Part shown: positions 36,588 through 49,830 of the stretch, piece after piece
Layout: the number at the start of each line of letters is the position of its first letter
How positions within the stretch are numbered: position 1 is the stretch's first letter
NCBI GenBank assembly: GCA_001600815.1
Contig: BCKZ01000002.1
Location: 62,001-126,000, forward strand
DNA: 64,000 nucleotides
Direction: 5' to 3'
DNA from: Alloascoidea hylecoeti
Lineage: Eukaryota
Program-made: the position numbers and the translations under genes
The notes under the pieces: generated by a model
Database searches by the model: none
Seen by the model: only the letters and a program-made list of their open reading frames with translations
Told to the model about the DNA's origin: nothing

Positions 36588-38120
36588 CTATCGTCCAATA
36601 TATTTAAGTTCAAAATATCTTGCAATATTAAATCCAACAAAAGAGAAAGAAGCTGCCATTTCAAAGCCGACATCTGCACCAGCAGAACCAATTAATTTTC
36701 CAATTGGACCTGTATACCAAACTTGGGACAGACCCATGACAGCACCAACGACGCCACAGCAAAATCCAAAAATACCAGCAATGCCAATGGGCAACTTGGA
36801 GTAGTCTTGGTAATCATCAAAATTGTAACCTTTGAATCCACGTCTCCAAATAAAATGTTCTGACAAAGCTGTAGCAGAATAAATAGCTAACCAATAACCA
36901 ATAATATTCATAAAGTTATCCATGACTTCTTCAAAGTACCAAAAACCGGGGATTGATAATCCAATGGTTACGGCACAACCAAATGCAGACCAAAAAGCTC
37001 TTGGAACCTTTTGAAACGGACTCCAAAATGCTTGTGCAGCTAAACCAAGAGAATACAAGTTAGGGATATTATTTGCTACTGTCGATAAAGAGAGAATAAC
37101 AAGACAAAATTGTCCAAATCCATGTAAGGAGTCTTCAACCATTATAGCGTAAGCAAGTCCACCGATGGATTTTGTATCATACAAGTGAGCCCAACGTTTA
37201 TCACTTCTAATACCTGTAGCACAAGCAGCTCCCAAAATCATTACAGTAATACATGGAGTTGCAAGACCAGCAATAATAGAAAAAAATATTTTATAAGGAT
37301 TTGTATCCTTTCTCATGTAAACAGTATAATCAGATGCATATGATGTCCAACCAGTAGCGAATCCAAAGATAGCACCGCCAAATGATAAGACATTGGCAGC
37401 AGTATCAGGGCCTGATGTCCATTTCCCAGCATCAAATTTATGGGATTTCCCCATTCTCACAGCTATAATAATGAACACTATAACATTTGGGATCCAAGAC
37501 CACTGTTCATAATAATGAATAATCTTATATCCAAATACAGCTACAATCAGTGTTAAAATGATGATAATTAAGCAACCCAACCATGGAGGACACCCACTTC
37601 CAATGATATGCAACAACTGGGCAGAAACAATAGTGTTGACAGTACCCCAACCAATACAAGCAATACAATTTAGAATTGCAAAGATCTTCATACCGTAAGC
37701 ACCCATGAAATATCTTGTCAAAACCATTTGTCTTAAACCTGTTTTGGGACCAAAGATAGAAAAGAATGCTACAGGCATAACACCCAGCAGATTAAAGAAG
37801 ATAATCGTTAATAGTGCAATATAAAAGTTAAGATCCCATAGAGCGACACCCAATGCACCTAAGGAAAATGTCGCAATAACCATATTAGCGGATAACCACA
37901 TTGAAGCAGTATTCCACAATGAAGTGTCGGTCTGCTCTTGTTCTGGAACACGTTCAATCCCACGAATTTCTGCTTTCATTAGAATGGCTATTTTCTGTAT
38001 TAGGCCAGGAAATCCAGTTTTCGTCTGCTCATGTACAAAGCCAGTTGACTCGTCCGCTCTGTGAGAATCCACAGAGTAGATTTCTTGCTTGTCATATTTT
38101 TCAGGGTCGGAGGAGGACAT
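36588..38120 (-). CDS. FCY2: Purine-cytosine permease (NCS1 family)
   Basis: EIRGIERVP, MWLSAN, FGPKTGLRQMVL, GWTSYASDY and NNIPNLYS motifs; about 12 TMs. Confidence 0.92.
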   Translation of the reverse strand: MSSSDPEKYDKQEIYSVDSHRADESTGFVHEQTKTGFPGLIQKIAILMKAEIRGIERVPEQEQTDTSLWNTASMWLSANMVIATFSLGALGVALWDLNFYIALLTIIFFNLLGVMPVAFFSIFGPKTGLRQMVLTRYFMGAYGMKIFAILNCIACIGWGTVNTIVSAQLLHIIGSGCPPWLGCLIIIILTLIVAVFGYKIIHYYEQWSWIPNVIVFIIIAVRMGKSHKFDAGKWTSGPDTAANVLSFGGAIFGFATGWTSYASDYTVYMRKDTNPYKIFFSIIAGLATPCITVMILGAACATGIRSDKRWAHLYDTKSIGGLAYAIMVEDSLHGFGQFCLVILSLSTVANNIPNLYSLGLAAQAFWSPFQKVPRAFWSAFGCAVTIGLSIPGFWYFEEVMDNFMNIIGYWLAIYSATALSEHFIWRRGFKGYNFDDYQDYSKLPIGIAGIFGFCCGVVGAVMGLSQVWYTGPIGKLIGSAGADVGFEMAASFSFVGFNIARYFELKYIGR

Positions 38121-40247
38121 TGAATGAAAATTTTTAAAGGTTACTATTCCTTAATAGTATTTCAACCCGGGGAGTCAATATATAAAATAGCAGAAGTGAG
38201 GAAATTGGATATTTATATAAAAGCGAACTCAACAAAAGACAAGAAAAATATGATAACAAACAAAAATTTTCAGAGGGCATTGCAATCGAAAGATCCTATA
38301 GTAAATTACCATAAAAGTATATAATTAAGGTGCATTTAGGCGCCAATCTGCAAGATCACAGATATAGCCCAAATGGCTTTTCCCGATTCGAGGATACTTT
38401 ATTTTATCTGCTTATCTCACCACAAGCACAGATATGCATTATAATGCCGGTTGCAGTGTTCTGCATATGCTGCTTGGTTTTTACTGCGGTGCACGTGATC
38501 TGTGTCATGCAGTTCCATGCAGGGCGCCCTTTTCGGTCTGATCCAGTTTTCATTTATTTTAGAAAAATTCAAAATTATTGATGTGGCGCATAATATTTGG
38601 TCATCGTTCTGTGGTAATTTATAAGCTTATAATTATCATTATAGTAAGGATTTTTATGGTATACAAATCAACAATAGCGATATTCGTGTAGGTTCTTTTG
38701 CAAATTAGTTGCAAATTTATAATATGTAAAATATGTAAAAAAGTTATTTCCGCACGTAAAATTCTATTATTTGACCATATAATATACAATTGCAATTGAT
38801 TTATCCTATAAATCCTTCAAATTCGAGCTTAGCTGAAAGTGGAAAAATGACTATATTTTCTATGCGATTGATTGAACGCTATAGCTATAAGGATATGATC
38901 ATGATAACAAAACTTAACGAAAATGGTATACGTAGTAACGTCTTAATACGAAGGATACAGATTCCAAAAAGTCGAAGAATGGCTTGCTAAGCTTCAAAAT
39001 CAACTTGAAGACTATTTAAATTTGAAACGCTAGCGCTAACTATATAAATAGGCTATAGCTGATTCTAATTTTTTTAAAATAGCAATTGTAATAAGATCAA
39101 CGATTATTCAGGCAACTAGGCACCAATTAATATTGGATTTTTACCTTCTAGATCTCGAAGCTATCTCAACCCCGTGTCGTACATCACAAGCTTAAGTAGA
39201 AATATCTATATCTTAAGCCATAATTTTATAAGATCATCGATATCATATATATCGACTGGACTTAACCGTACTTCTACAACTATAGGCTATATATTGAAGA
39301 TTTGAACTTGCTAGTTACATTAGTATTGATGTTCAGTGATTTTTAACCAGATCTATAGTCCTATTATATCCTCTCCTATACATAATCCTAATATGTACTT
39401 GACTAGTTTTGTTTAAAGAATAATATTAATAAATGGTATTCGCCGATTACTTTATTAAACATTATATCAAATCAGTGCTCAAGTTCCCTTACAAGAGATT
39501 GACATAAACTATTTCTTTATAGATGTGAGTTGAAGAATCTCTGCAGCTGATAATGAAATTATGGAGTTCGCCGTACGATAATTTTTTAAGCTTAAGCCAG
39601 ATAAGAAGTTTGAAAAATAATTTTAATGTGATTACAACTGATAAGGCATAACTAGCCTTTAATTTGGAGATTACAATATACATTAATGCTTTTAGAATAA
39701 GCTCAAAGCGGTTGGATAATATTTATATCATAATTATAATTAGGTAATAGTCTCAACGTTAACGGTCAACGTTAGCAATTAACTTATAGAATAATTACCA
39801 TTCTTTAATTAACCATTAGCGCAAAATCAAAGAAAAGATCACGATTTAAATACAAACACCCCAAATAAATGTTAATACCCCACTTTTCCTAGGTTATGAT
39901 TACTTTTGTATATCATTGATTTGTTTTTGAGTTATCTTTGTTTATTACACTGCTAAAACAAATCAATATTTAGTGATGACCTAGTAGGCCTAGCCTATGT
40001 ATAAGTATATCTTACTAATTAATCTAACTAATCCTACTTATAAGTCGTCTAGATGATTACTAGATCTAATGTTAAGCAATATATACTGCTCGGTCTATAT
40101 GTTTGCTGTGGTTATTATTCCTTCTTAATTTTTGAATTGGGATTTGATCATATAAAACTTAATATTAGGACGGGTGTAACTACATGGGAATATAAAATGA
40201 AAACTGGTGATGGGAAACGTTAGCTCACATTCACTTCTCCCATCATC

Positions 40248-41186
40248 ATGTTCTGTTCATACTTGCCAAATTCGCCCCTTGGAATTTTAATTAGATTGTT
40301 CTTCACAGCGGCAATATCCTCGGTAATTATGGCGCTCGCTATTCCATCCTTAAATCGCTTGTTGAAATACGGGAAAACGTTGAATGTGCTTCAAGATGAA
40401 CAGTTAAAGACAGAAAACACAGAGCTACACTCTGAACAAAAGCCCAAAATGCTGTCCTATGCTCGTCTTTTCAATATTCTTCTTGATGTATATGCTTATT
40501 CAACGAAACTCTATGTTCCGAAGAGCTGGTTTACCTATTTCTACGTTTCATCATTAGCCGCCACGAGTCTTTGTGTCTACCTCATGCAGCTAATTGAACA
40601 ACATAGCAATTCAGTAGACCCTTTAATCAATAAAATAGTGTGGCTCGCTTCTTTTATAGGATTCTATAAGGGTACATCGGCGAAATATATCCTCTATTTA
40701 ATGATGGCGTTTCAAGGTGCTCGAAGATTGTTTGAGTGTATTTTTGTTGAGAAGCAAAATCCCTTTGCCAGAATCCACATTTTTCATTACATCGCCGGAA
40801 TTGGATTTTATTTCTTTCAAAATTTAGCAATTATTAATATTAATGATACAGATGAATCTATGATATCTTATAAAACTTTTATTGGAATTGGATTGTTTTT
40901 GGCGGCCTCTGTTGATCAGTTTTGGAATCATCATCATTTATCTACACTAGTTAAATATACACTACCTACGCATGGTCTATTCAAACTATGTTCATCCCCC
41001 CATTATCTTGACGAGATTTTGATCTATTTATCTTTAATGCTTATAAAATACGATACCAATTTGTTGTTCAGTTGGTTATGGGTCGTTGCTAATTTGGGAG
41101 CCAGCAGTAATGAAAGTTGGCAATGGTACAAGAATAAATTTGGTGAACGGGCTCCAAGATGGCGAGTAATTCCTTATGTCTTTTGA
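40248..41186 (+). CDS. DFG10: Polyprenol reductase (steroid 5-alpha-reductase family)
   Basis: LLKYGKT, VPKSWFTYFY, QGARRLFEC, HYIAGIGFY, QFWNHHHLS, GLFKLCSSPHYLDEILIY and IPYVF motifs. Confidence 0.9.
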   Translation: MFCSYLPNSPLGILIRLFFTAAISSVIMALAIPSLNRLLKYGKTLNVLQDEQLKTENTELHSEQKPKMLSYARLFNILLDVYAYSTKLYVPKSWFTYFYVSSLAATSLCVYLMQLIEQHSNSVDPLINKIVWLASFIGFYKGTSAKYILYLMMAFQGARRLFECIFVEKQNPFARIHIFHYIAGIGFYFFQNLAIININDTDESMISYKTFIGIGLFLAASVDQFWNHHHLSTLVKYTLPTHGLFKLCSSPHYLDEILIYLSLMLIKYDTNLLFSWLWVVANLGASSNESWQWYKNKFGERAPRWRVIPYVF

Positions 41187-41386
41187 TTGTTTCATGTATA
41201 TCATTGAAATGTATTTATTTATTGCTCTCCTTATTTGCTACTTATTTATTATGAAGTGTGGGATTACATTATCTCCGTGTAATCACGGATAAAAATTGTT
41301 TAGTTTTTTCTTTCATCTATTATACGCATCATATATTCAATAACATCCACGTAAAACTTTACAACCTTACCCCGAACTCTCCAAAA

Positions 41387-42931
41387 ATGAGAAGAGTGGT
41401 AATTACCGGACTGGGAGTGGTGAGTCCTTTAGGAGTTGGAACTAAGATATCATGGACGAATCTTATAAATTCAAAGTCGGGTCTAGTATCGACAGCTCTC
41501 GCCGCTTTAAGACACGAGAATACAATATCATCAAGAAAAAAAGAAGATGAAACAACAAAAATACAACTCTTGAAAGACAATTATTCTAGTTTACCATGTC
41601 AAGTAGTGGGAATGGTTCCATCTGGAAATAAAATTGATGGTGGATGGAACGGATCTGAATACTTAAATGATGGTGTATGTTTTCTGAAAATTTGAAGAAA
41701 ATTTGTCCTAACTAACTTTAAGACATCTATCAGGATAGGAAACGAGTCCCTCGGTTTGTTCAATATGCATTGGCTGCTACAAAAGAAGCTTTGGAAGATA
41801 GTGAATGGTTTCCAGAATCTGAACATGATAGACTTCGAACTGTATGATGATGACTTTGAATTTTCCTTTCATTTGAATATTAGTAGCTAATATCTTGGAA
41901 TAGGGTGTCTCCATCGGATCTGGAATTGGAAGCATTGAAGATGCTTACGATAATGCAGTTGGATTTCATACAGGAGTGAGTATATGAACTTCAACAATTG
42001 TGAATTTCATGACTCTAATATTGATGGAATTGTTTTCTAGGGATATAGAAAAGTCCAGCCACTTTTCATTCCGAGGTTATTGAGTAATATGGGAGCTGGA
42101 CATGTATCAATTCATTATAAACTACATGGCCCAAATCATTCAACTTCAACTGCTTGTACCACAGGAAATCATTCAATTGGAGATGCCTCTCGTTTCATTA
42201 TGATGGGAGACGCTGATGTTATGGTTGCCGGATCCACCGAATCTACAATTCATCCCATAGCGATTGCAGGATTTTCTAGAGCTAAATCATTAGCGACACA
42301 TTTCAATGATACCCCAGAAAAAGCATCAAGACCTTTTGATAGAGATAGATGTGGATTTGTTATGGGAGAAGGATCGGGCATCATGGTGCTAGAGGAATTA
42401 GAACATGCTTTGGCTCGCAAGGCTAAAATATATGCTGAAGTTATGGGATACGGATTATCAGCGGATGGTGTTCACATTACAGCACCCCCTCCTGATGGGT
42501 ACGGGGCATATAACTCCATGAAAATGGCCTTGAACCATGGGAATATCAAGCCTAGCGAGGTAGATTATATCAATGCTCATGCTACTTCAACACATTTAGG
42601 AGATAAAGCAGAAAGTACCGCAATTACAAGATTGTTACTTGAGGGGCCACACGGAAAACCTAGCGCAAGCGATATAAATGTCTCAAGCTCTAAAGGAGCT
42701 ATAGGCCACTTGTTGGGGGGTTCCGGTTCGGTGGAGTCCATATTTACGGTGCTCTCCATCGTCAACAATATCATGCCTCCTACACTAAACCTCGACAATT
42801 TGGAGGAGGGGTTTGAGTGTAATTACATCCCCAACTTCAGCCAGGAAAGAAAAGTTGAAACCGCTCTGACAAACAGTTTTGGATTTGGGGGGACGAACGC
42901 CTCACTGTGTTTTCGAAAGTTCAGAGGGTGA
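41387..42931 (+). CDS. CEM1: Mitochondrial beta-ketoacyl-ACP synthase; exons 41387-41674, 41734-41841, 41904-41975, 42041-42931
   Basis: MRRVVITGLGVVSPLG, active-site STACTTG, INAHATST, SSKGAIGHLLG and NSFGFGGTNA. Three phase-0 GT-AG introns join the fragments into 452 aa. Confidence 0.94.
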
Positions 42932-43032
42932 AAGGGACACACGTGACCTCATTTGCTAGCGATTTTATATTCTTAATTTCTTTTTCTTTTTTGTTGAATT
43001 TGCATTTTCATGAGGATCTTAATTCGAAAAAC

Positions 43033-46000
43033 ATGAAGTTTGCTCAGTATGTTGGAAAATTCTCCCTTTGTTTCAATTGTTTATGTAGCAGTTTGCTAAC
43101 CTAAAACTATAGATATTTAAGTGAGAATCTTGTAATTATCAACATAACAATCAAAATATTGAAATATCGTCGTTGATAACTAACCACTTCCAAAATTAGG
43201 TGCCCGAATGGCGAGATCAGTATCTCGACTACAAAGTAAGCGGATCTGTGTGAATTACTTTCTTTTCATCTCCAGATAATACTAACCTTATGAAACAACC
43301 AACTAGGGCGGGAAAAAGAAACTGAAAAAACTCAACAAAACAACTCCCATCATCGAACCCGAAAACCGTGATAGTTTTGCATTCGAGGATGATGTTGAAA
43401 ATGCTGACAATAATATTGAGGTCACTGAAAATAGTTCTAACAGTGGGGGTAGTGCATATCAGTCAACAGTAAGTGATTTCATCATAGTTAAAGAAGCAAT
43501 AAGCTACATATTAACGTATGACGAAATAGAAATATGGTGCTTTTGAGCTCCCTCCTCCAGCACTCGGGTCCAAATCACCAAAAGTTGTCTCGTTTAGAGA
43601 CCCGAACAATAATGAAATGGCTTCAAGTTCTAGAGGAAATACAGATGTCATCGACACACCAGAATCATTGCCATCAAATGGAAAGGATAAAGGTAAAACC
43701 AAATCGAACAATACCGAAAACTCAGTTGATAATAATAGCTCACTTGGAGACAGAACACCTTTATTTCATCCTTCATTAAGGCGACAATCTCTCATTAACA
43801 ATATACCTGAAGGATCTCCATTAAAGCGAGCCATGTCTGTATTTAACAAGGTTAGGATTGCATCTGTAGCATTTTCTCCAATAGCATTGAATGCAGCAAG
43901 TTCTAGGACTAGCAATAATGAATTTTTGGAATGGCTCGATGGACAACTGTCAAAAATTGAATCATTCTACCGAACAAAGGAAAAAGAGGCACTAGAACGA
44001 TATCTTCTCTTGCAAGATCAATTATATCAATTAAGAGACCAAAAGATGACAATAAAAAAACAAAATATCATAAGTGAGAGTACAGACATTATCATAAAAA
44101 ATGCATTAAGAACTAAAAAAGAGATCTCCAAAATTAGAGGCTTCCCAATGATTGAGTTACGAAAAAAACAGAAGCAGAAACAAGAGCCTCTAGATATGGG
44201 TGAAGACTTGATTGATTTTGATCCAATGGACTCCCCAACAGGAAGTATAAGCACAACCACTAGTAGGAGACGACTCAAAAATAAAAATCACGAAGAAGAT
44301 CCAAATTATAAACAGAGAGATTATCGTAAGAAGAAAGAACACCCACATGTTGCTTACCACACAGCCAGAAGACAACTTAAAGTTGCAATCATTGAATTTT
44401 ATCGTGGTTTGGATTTATTAAAGTCTTATCGAATGTTAAACCGGACGGGCTTCCGTAAAATGGCCAAAAAATTTGATAAAGTTACTGGCTCTCATTGTCT
44501 TGATTGGTACACCAATAAAGTCAACAGTAGTTATTTCGGAACTAGTGATGTACTGGATAATCTGATCCCCAAGGTTGAAGATTTGTATAGCATTTACTTT
44601 GAAAATGGAAATAGGAAGGTTGGTGTAGATAAATTACGTTCACAAGGAAAAGTTGATGAGCATTTTGGCGCAATGTTCCTGGGGGGCTTATTTTTAGGCA
44701 TGGCAGTTCCATTATTTCTAGAAGCTTTGGTTGTTGGAGGGAAAAGAGTGGTTGATCATTCGATGCCAGAAGCTGGCATATTGTTACAACTATGGGGTGG
44801 TATATTTTTGGTGATATTATTTCTCTGTATTTTCACTATCAATTGCTATGTTTGGACAATTTATAAAATCAATTATCGATTTATATTTGAGTTTGATGCA
44901 AGAAACTGTTTGAATTACCGGGAGTATCTAGAAATACCATCGCTTTTGTTTGTCGCGTTAGCCCTCTTATCTTGGTTATCTTTTGAGAATTACTGGCCTG
45001 AGAAATTCCCTGGGCGTTATTTCCCACTATTGTATATTGGAATTGCATTTTTAGTTTTCTTTTTCCCTGCCAGGAGACTTCATTATCGATCTAGGAAATG
45101 GTTACAAGTCGCTCTTTGGCGTCTGTTATTTTCAGGGCTTTATCCTGTTGAATTTAGAGACTTCTTTCTAGGTGATATTGTAGGATCCTTAACATACTCA
45201 ATGGGCAATATTTCGTTACTCGGTTGCACTTATGCTTCACACTTTAGAGGAATTATTGATAACACACCTGGAGGCTCAATGTGCGGGTCAAATCACTCGA
45301 GATTGATGGGATTTTTATCTGCACTTCCTGCAATGTTCCGTTTAGTTCAATGCTTGAGACGTTACATCGACAGTAAAGAATGGTTTCCACATTTAGCGAA
45401 TCTTGGCAAATATACATTTACAGTAGCCTATTATACCATGTTAAGTATTTACCGTATTGATAAGACGAACTCACATAAAGCAGGCTTCATCGTTCTTGGT
45501 ATATTTAACTCAACTTATAGCAGTGTATGGGATATTTTGATGGATTGGTCCCTCATTCAAGCAAACTCAAAATATCCTCTATTAAGAAATGAATTGGGCT
45601 TTAAAGTTCCATGGCCTTACTACTCCGCTATATTTATCGACATTATATTACGATTTAACTGGGTTTTCTACTTGATTACAGAAAGTCAACTTCAGCACGC
45701 TGCGTTGACTGGTTTTTTGGTTGCGCTTTCAGAAGTGTTTAGAAGATTTATATGGATATTTTTTAGAATGGAGAATGAACATTGTACAAACGTTATTTTT
45801 GCAAAAGCATCAAGGGATGTCCCATTACCGTATCCAATTGTTAAAAGACAACTTCCTGAATCAGTTCCACAAGTTAAATTTTCATATTCCGAGGATTCAA
45901 TTGTAAGTCCAGTTAAAATAAAACCAACAGTTACAACAGATGATAGATCCTCTATTGGTCCCAATGACGAGGAGTCTGTAGTTGGATTGATCCACAGAAA

Positions 46001-46214
46001 ACCGTCAACTATTCATGATGAACCCAGCCTCGCTAGATCATCTACCGTTGATTCTTCTAGATTAACAAGACTAAATTCATATGCTGGTGTGTCACCTGCT
46101 CTAGAACATTTCTCTAATGTCTTGAAAAGAGCACATACGAAAGATTTTGAAAGAAGAAAACCAAACCCTGACCAGGACAGTTCAGACGATGAAAAGGATA
46201 GTGATGAAGAATAG
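43033..46214 (+). CDS. SYG1: SPX-EXS phosphate exporter (Syg1/XPR1/PHO1 family); exons 43033-43046, 43113-43131, 43200-43235, 43307-43468, 43530-46214
   Basis: Micro-exons splice to MKFAQYLSENLVPEWRDQYLDYKGGKKKLKK (SPX start). Also LNRTGFRKMAKKFDK and EXS motifs VEFRDFFLGD and RRFIWIFFRMENEH. About 971 aa. Confidence 0.93.
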
Positions 46215-46518
46215 AAAATAACATATTAATTTAAATTTATCATTTTACCATACATATATTTATAGTTTTTGTTTTATATTTAAAATCGCATGCATTTTCT
46301 ATTTTAATTGTGGCCCATGGACATAAATAAAAATTTAAAGTAAAAACATAACAATTGGAATATACGTAGCTATACCCATAACATAAAACATAAATCAGTA
46401 ATTATTAGAGGGAGAGATACAAAAAGGATACTCACGATGCAAAAAGAAAACAAATAAGTCAGTAAATGCATGTAATTGGGTATATCAAAATAATTATATA
46501 TAAAAAATGGATATGTGG

Positions 46519-49500
46519 TTAAGCTTGTTGGACTTTTGCATAGTTTGGAGGTCTTAATCTTCTATTCACAACTTTTGTGATCCAGATAGGAAGTAAACTA
46601 GTTGCAATGATAACCGCACAACTCCAGTAAAACTTGACTTTCTTAGTGTAATCCAAGTCAAAATATTCACTTAGAATTGGGAAAGAGACAATATAACATG
46701 CTAGGGTCAAGACCTCGGAAGATATCATTATCCAGTTCCAAGTATTAATTTCGATAGCAACCATTGCTAATTCGTTGAGTAATAGTGCTGAATAGCTAAC
46801 GACCACCATTTTTGTAAATAACTCTGGATCAAGACTTGTGAAGAATTGAGAAAGACCTTGGATAACAACACCTTGATATAACGAGACAAGGGCCCAGAAG
46901 AAGAAAGTCTTGTACGATAATGTTTTTCCATCTGTAAGCTCTTTGTATAATTCTGGATACATTGTAGTTAGTTTCTCATCAACATCTTTATCTGTAACCA
47001 ATGAAAAAACAGGTGCCATGGTATATAAAGTTGCATACCCAACCATCAACCAGCCTTGATATAGTGCTAATGGTTCGAACTGAGAACATATAGAATAAAC
47101 AGTTTGACAAACAGTTATAATAAGACCACGGTGAATTATGAATTGTGCCAATTTAGCAGATCTTTTATATGAATTTCGACCATGCCACAACAACAATTTG
47201 GTTAAATAACAGAACTGAAGAATAGAAAAATCAGCGGCAAGCGAGGCTTGTTTTCCTTCCTTCCCCACAATTCCTACACCGATATCAGCAGCTTGAATCA
47301 TACTGACATCATTTCCACCATCGCCAATACAACAAACACGTTTATTTGTTGATTTTCTAATCAATAAAGCGATATCAGCCTTTTGTTGTGGAGAACATCT
47401 GCAGGCAATAACAGCAGGTAAAGTAACAGCAATATTGATAAACTCTTTTTCAAAATGTGTCAAGTATGTTGATAATGATTCGCCATCAATTAACAGACAA
47501 GAGTCTTTTTGTGTTTTCAAAATTTCCATTTCATCCATAGCTGATACTTTACTGTGTTGTTTTGTTATTTGATGAATATATTGACCACGACTAACCAATT
47601 TTGCACTGATTGCAACACACTTAGCTGTTTCAACTTTATCACCGGTCAACATCCAAATCTTTACACCAGCATTTCTCAATAATTCCAAAGAGGACTTCAC
47701 GTCTTCTTGTAGTCGGTCTTCAACACCTGTAAGACCTAACAATTCCAGATCGTGTTCCAGCAGATTGTAAACGATTTTACTCATAGCCGCATCTCTATCA
47801 GACATTTCCAATGAAGCCTTATGGTATTCAGTAGCAAAATGCTGATAGGTTTCTAGTGATAATTTCTTTCTTGCTACAACCAATGTTCTTAAACCCTCTC
47901 TGGCCATATTTCCGGTTTCTTCTTCTAGCCAATCATTTTTTTGAACAATATCAGCCATAACAGTATCAGCTCCTTTCTGCAGGAACCAATATTCATCACT
48001 ATAGTTATCCTTAACAATTATACCCATTCTTTTAGAATCTGAATTAAATGGAAATACATTAAGAATTTCATACTGTAAGGATGTATGCGTTGCCTCATGT
48101 ATCAACGTTATAGAAGTTCTATCTCTCTTATATAATGATAACCCAACTTCGGCTGTATATCTCACAATTGCTATTTCATCTGGAGAAGCAGCTTGATAAG
48201 TCATTTCTCCGTCTTCGAATGTTGTTGTTACATTATGGCACAAGGCCAAAGTGGTAATCATGTCTCTTATTCTATTGCTCAAATCACGTTTCGCTCGTGT
48301 ATTGGCATACCTATCATTTTCATGGGAATTCATATTAGAAGTACCGGATATCCCAGCAGCAACAGCACTTTCTACAATATCCATTGAATCCGAGGCATAA
48401 GAAACCGTACCTAAATGTAATTTCTTCATTTCCATGTCATTTTGGGTTAAGGTTCCGGTTTTATCACTTAACAGATATTCAATCCTACCTAAATCCTCAG
48501 GAATTGTACTTGTTCTAACAACTGTTTCTGCAATTGCTTTATCATGTTCAATTTGGTAAGCATAAACAGATTTACCCATATCAAGATTAACTCTTAGACT
48601 AACAGGGACAATAGTTGAGAATAAGATTAGAAAGCGCATAATATCTAAATACCAATTACCACCAAACTTCTTCATTGCAACAAGGACAAAACTTAATATG
48701 AAAACACAAGCACATAAAATTTTAGATAAATTATTGATTTCTAGCTCCAATAAACCGATTTTTGTTCCTGCACGACTAGTATTTTGTGCTTGCCTTGTAT
48801 CTGAACCAGTGTAGATAACGCATCCAATAGCATTACCAGATGCTAAAACTGTGTTAGCCCATAAAGTATTATCAACAGATAAACCTTGTGATATATCACC
48901 ATAAGATAATTTACCTGTGAAACTATGGATTGATTTTGCGGGTGGTGAAGCAATTACTTCAATATTCATCATTTCATCGTGGGATAAATTTTGAGAAATT
49001 GAAGAAGCTAGTCTTAGTTTCCAATCCGTTTCACCATCTAATTGATCAGTTCTAATAAAAACTTCACCTGAAGTTTCACTGCTTGAAAGTAAAACCATAT
49101 CTGCGGGTATACGTTGTTGTTTATGAACAACTATCAGATCGCCAACTTTGATATCTTTAGAAGAGATAGGTACCGACGAAGTTAAGTGTTCATACTTTTC
49201 ATTATTAGATTCACGATCCCTTCTTCTTCTTTGGATGTCATCGCTGGCCTCTTTTGCCATTGTTATGGTAAGAACGAAAGCGAGTGGCACAATATAAGAT
49301 GATAAGTAGCCTATTCTTAATTGTGGGATTGCTTGTGATAGTGCCACCAGTAAGTAATAGAGATTATTAAAAAATTTAAACTGCTGATATAGCACTATTG
49401 GTAGAAAAGACCAAGGTGTATATTTAGCGTTTGATATTGCATTTGAGGGATAAGTTTTGCTGTCAGATAAATCGGTTGGGGATATAACACGATCATTACT

Positions 49501-49830
49501 CTCTAGAGGGAGACGGATTTGAGAGTTCTGTGATTTTTTTGGAAGTAACAGCGAAGCAACACTAGATAAAGCATGTTCCATTAAAGGTTGAGAATCATCA
49601 TGATTCGGATCCATTTCGTGGGCTGTTGATTGGTCTTCGATAAATGTATCACTTTCATCGTCAGAGTCAGCATTTATGGTGAACTGTTGGCGACGTTCTG
49701 CACCAAACCACCTGCTTCCATTGCTTATACGACGTAGATGGCGTCGGGAATCTCTGGAATCTCTTGTTTCTAGAGAAGGCATATCTTGCAATGGTATGAA
49801 TTCATCAAAGGAGTCTGATCTAGCAGCCAT
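46519..49830 (-). CDS. NEO1: P4-type phospholipid flippase ATPase (Neo1/ATP9)
   Basis: RTDQLDGETDWKLR, IVPVSLRVNLD, SDKTGTLTQN, LTGDKVETA and IGDGGNDVSMIQ. Likely start MAARSD at 49830. Confidence 0.95.
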   Translation of the reverse strand: MAARSDSFDEFIPLQDMPSLETRDSRDSRRHLRRISNGSRWFGAERRQQFTINADSDDESDTFIEDQSTAHEMDPNHDDSQPLMEHALSSVASLLLPKKSQNSQIRLPLESNDRVISPTDLSDSKTYPSNAISNAKYTPWSFLPIVLYQQFKFFNNLYYLLVALSQAIPQLRIGYLSSYIVPLAFVLTITMAKEASDDIQRRRRDRESNNEKYEHLTSSVPISSKDIKVGDLIVVHKQQRIPADMVLLSSSETSGEVFIRTDQLDGETDWKLRLASSISQNLSHDEMMNIEVIASPPAKSIHSFTGKLSYGDISQGLSVDNTLWANTVLASGNAIGCVIYTGSDTRQAQNTSRAGTKIGLLELEINNLSKILCACVFILSFVLVAMKKFGGNWYLDIMRFLILFSTIVPVSLRVNLDMGKSVYAYQIEHDKAIAETVVRTSTIPEDLGRIEYLLSDKTGTLTQNDMEMKKLHLGTVSYASDSMDIVESAVAAGISGTSNMNSHENDRYANTRAKRDLSNRIRDMITTLALCHNVTTTFEDGEMTYQAASPDEIAIVRYTAEVGLSLYKRDRTSITLIHEATHTSLQYEILNVFPFNSDSKRMGIIVKDNYSDEYWFLQKGADTVMADIVQKNDWLEEETGNMAREGLRTLVVARKKLSLETYQHFATEYHKASLEMSDRDAAMSKIVYNLLEHDLELLGLTGVEDRLQEDVKSSLELLRNAGVKIWMLTGDKVETAKCVAISAKLVSRGQYIHQITKQHSKVSAMDEMEILKTQKDSCLLIDGESLSTYLTHFEKEFINIAVTLPAVIACRCSPQQKADIALLIRKSTNKRVCCIGDGGNDVSMIQAADIGVGIVGKEGKQASLAADFSILQFCYLTKLLLWHGRNSYKRSAKLAQFIIHRGLIITVCQTVYSICSQFEPLALYQGWLMVGYATLYTMAPVFSLVTDKDVDEKLTTMYPELYKELTDGKTLSYKTFFFWALVSLYQGVVIQGLSQFFTSLDPELFTKMVVVSYSALLLNELAMVAIEINTWNWIMISSEVLTLACYIVSFPILSEYFDLDYTKKVKFYWSCAVIIATSLLPIWITKVVNRRLRPPNYAKVQQA

